A DNA stretch of 64,000 bases from an uncultured Acidobacteriota bacterium. Its GTDB lineage: Bacteria; Acidobacteriota; Thermoanaerobaculia; Multivoradales; SZUA-115. Shown here piece by piece: positions 62,772-64,000 of the stretch (its first letter is position 1; each line of letters begins with the position of its first letter). Made by a program: the position numbers and the translations under genes. The notes below the pieces were generated by a model. It was not told the DNA's origin, searched no databases, and saw only the letters and a list, made by a program, of their open reading frames with translations. The stretch spans positions 448,001 to 512,000 of the forward strand of contig CAWDVR010000005.1 in assembly GCA_963805975.1 (NCBI GenBank), written 5' to 3'.

Positions 62772-63001
62772 TCGCGGCCATCCCTCCATTCGGGGAGACC
62801 GGAAAGCTCACCGAGCAGCGCAACCTGGGTCTCTGCAACCGCCGCGGTGTCCAGGTCGGAGACAGCTTCGGCTTCGAGGTAATGCCGCACGGCCTCTTCC
62901 AAAAGGGCGCTGATCTCTCGCCTCTGCCTCAGGGCGAGGTTGCGGAGCTCGTCGCCAACCGCGGCTGCGAGGCTAGCAAAAGGCGAGGACCAGCCATCCA
63001 A
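62768..63001 (-). CDS. Putative RHH-type antitoxin
   Basis: LRNLALRQRREISALLEEAVRHYL; GTGA overlap with the toxin start. Confidence 0.65.
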   Translation of the reverse strand: MDGWSSPFASLAAAVGDELRNLALRQRREISALLEEAVRHYLEAEAVSDLDTAAVAETQVALLGELSGLPEWRDGRE

Positions 63002-63127
63002 GGGACTCTCGCTCGCCTAGGCGAGTTGAGCTCGTGGAACGCGACAGTTCAACAGTCATAGGTGCAGCCTACCGGACCCCGGCAGGCGCTGCAATGTGTC
63101 GAGTGCGGACAGGCAGACACATCGGTC

Positions 63128-64000
63128 CTACTCCTCCACGACCTCGATCAGCTTGTTGGTGGCGAGGCCGCTGGTTACGGTCTGCTTGCGGCCCGAGGGC
63201 CAGAGGACCTCGATCGAGTCCACGCGCTCGGCGTCGCCCAGGCCGAAGTAGAGCGGCAGGGCGCTCTGCGAGAGATAGCCTGATTTTCCGTCCTGGAACT
63301 GGGTCAGGGTCGTGCCGCCGGACTTGACCCGGACGGTGGCGCCCAGGCCGTCGCGGTTCGAGGTCGTTCCCCGGAGGCGCACCTTCACGAAACGCACGGC
63401 GCGGCGCTCGGCGAGGTCGCTCACCAGCACCTGCGGTACGTCGCCGAACTCGCTGGTGACGATGTCCACGTCGCCGTCGTCGTCGAGGTCGAAGAGCACC
63501 GAGGAGCGCGTGCCCGCGGCGCCGAACACCGTGTGGCGGCCGGTCTGGCCGGCGCAGACCCGGTGCGCGCGGTCCGCCCCGGAGCAGTCCACGTCGAACC
63601 ACGGCTTGCGCATGCCGTTCTTGCGCGGCTCGACCTCGAGGATGAACTCGCTGTCGAGAAAGGTCTTGCCGCGGTTGTTGAGCAGCAGTGAGTTCACACC
63701 GTAGCGGAAGGGGTAGTTCATGCTGGAGGCGACGAAGAGGTCCTCCCAGCCGTCGGCGTTGAGGTCGCCGGCCGAGAGACCCCAGGGCCAGAAGTTCTCG
63801 ACCCCGATGCGGTCCGAGATCTCCTCGAACTTGCCGTCGCCCAGGTTCCGGTAGAAGGAGTTGCCGAACACGTTGTTGCCGCCGCCCTGCAGGAAATCGT
63901 CCGTGAAACGCATCAGGCTCTTGGCCTTCTCGTAGCCCGGCGGCACCTCGTGGCTCATGTCCGAGTGCATGTCGGTGATGTAGAGATCGGCCAGGCCGTC
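63128..64000 (-). CDS. CRTAC1-family FG-GAP repeat / ASPIC-UnbV domain protein (5' end outside window)
   Basis: DLNADGWEDLFV and DLDDDGDVDIV repeats; C-terminal SNRDGLGATV...GYLSQS..PLYFGLG...WPSG. Confidence 0.88.
   Translation of the reverse strand, partial: DGLADLYITDMHSDMSHEVPPGYEKAKSLMRFTDDFLQGGGNNVFGNSFYRNLGDGKFEEISDRIGVENFWPWGLSAGDLNADGWEDLFVASSMNYPFRYGVNSLLLNNRGKTFLDSEFILEVEPRKNGMRKPWFDVDCSGADRAHRVCAGQTGRHTVFGAAGTRSSVLFDLDDDGDVDIVTSEFGDVPQVLVSDLAERRAVRFVKVRLRGTTSNRDGLGATVRVKSGGTTLTQFQDGKSGYLSQSALPLYFGLGDAERVDSIEVLWPSGRKQTVTSGLATNKLIEVVEE

Overview
This is a high-GC chromosomal window, probably from Acidobacteriota (Thermoanaerobaculia-like). That placement is inferred from an ADOP-type duplicated orphan permease, a CRTAC1/ASPIC-UnbV protein and the overall gene content. 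Positions 1-2.5 kb hold the end of a lower-GC accessory island: a large HExxH protein followed by a truncated SIR2-like gene. Next come lolA-tgt-yajC-secDF-rel, rpmB, and a type IVa pilus pilMNOPQ operon extended by two lipoproteins. These are followed by acs, a degenerate sigma54-activator ATPase divergent from a PAS-GGDEF-EAL protein, and an mglB-mglA-TPR-yvcK(glmR)-glmS run. The middle carries an AMIN-porin / periplasmic binding protein / histidine kinase triad, biotin carboxylase genes, a GT-C plus DPPR-synthase pair, an ADOP permease and Lhr helicase. The right end has lipid and tRNA genes, a Rieske-GcvT-2x flavoprotein cluster and a partial CRTAC1-family gene. Four type II toxin-antitoxin cassettes and two palindromic repeat elements are interspersed. 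No tRNA, rRNA, CRISPR array or transposase was seen. The best novelty candidates are (1) the PilQ-type AMIN-anchored trans-envelope signalling triad next to mglAB, (2) the MglAB-TPR-GlmR-GlmS operon, (3) a whole gene enclosed by an inverted REP pair, (4) the HExxH-SIR2 island, and (5) the putative N-demethylation cluster. All calls come from reading motifs by eye; no searches were run.
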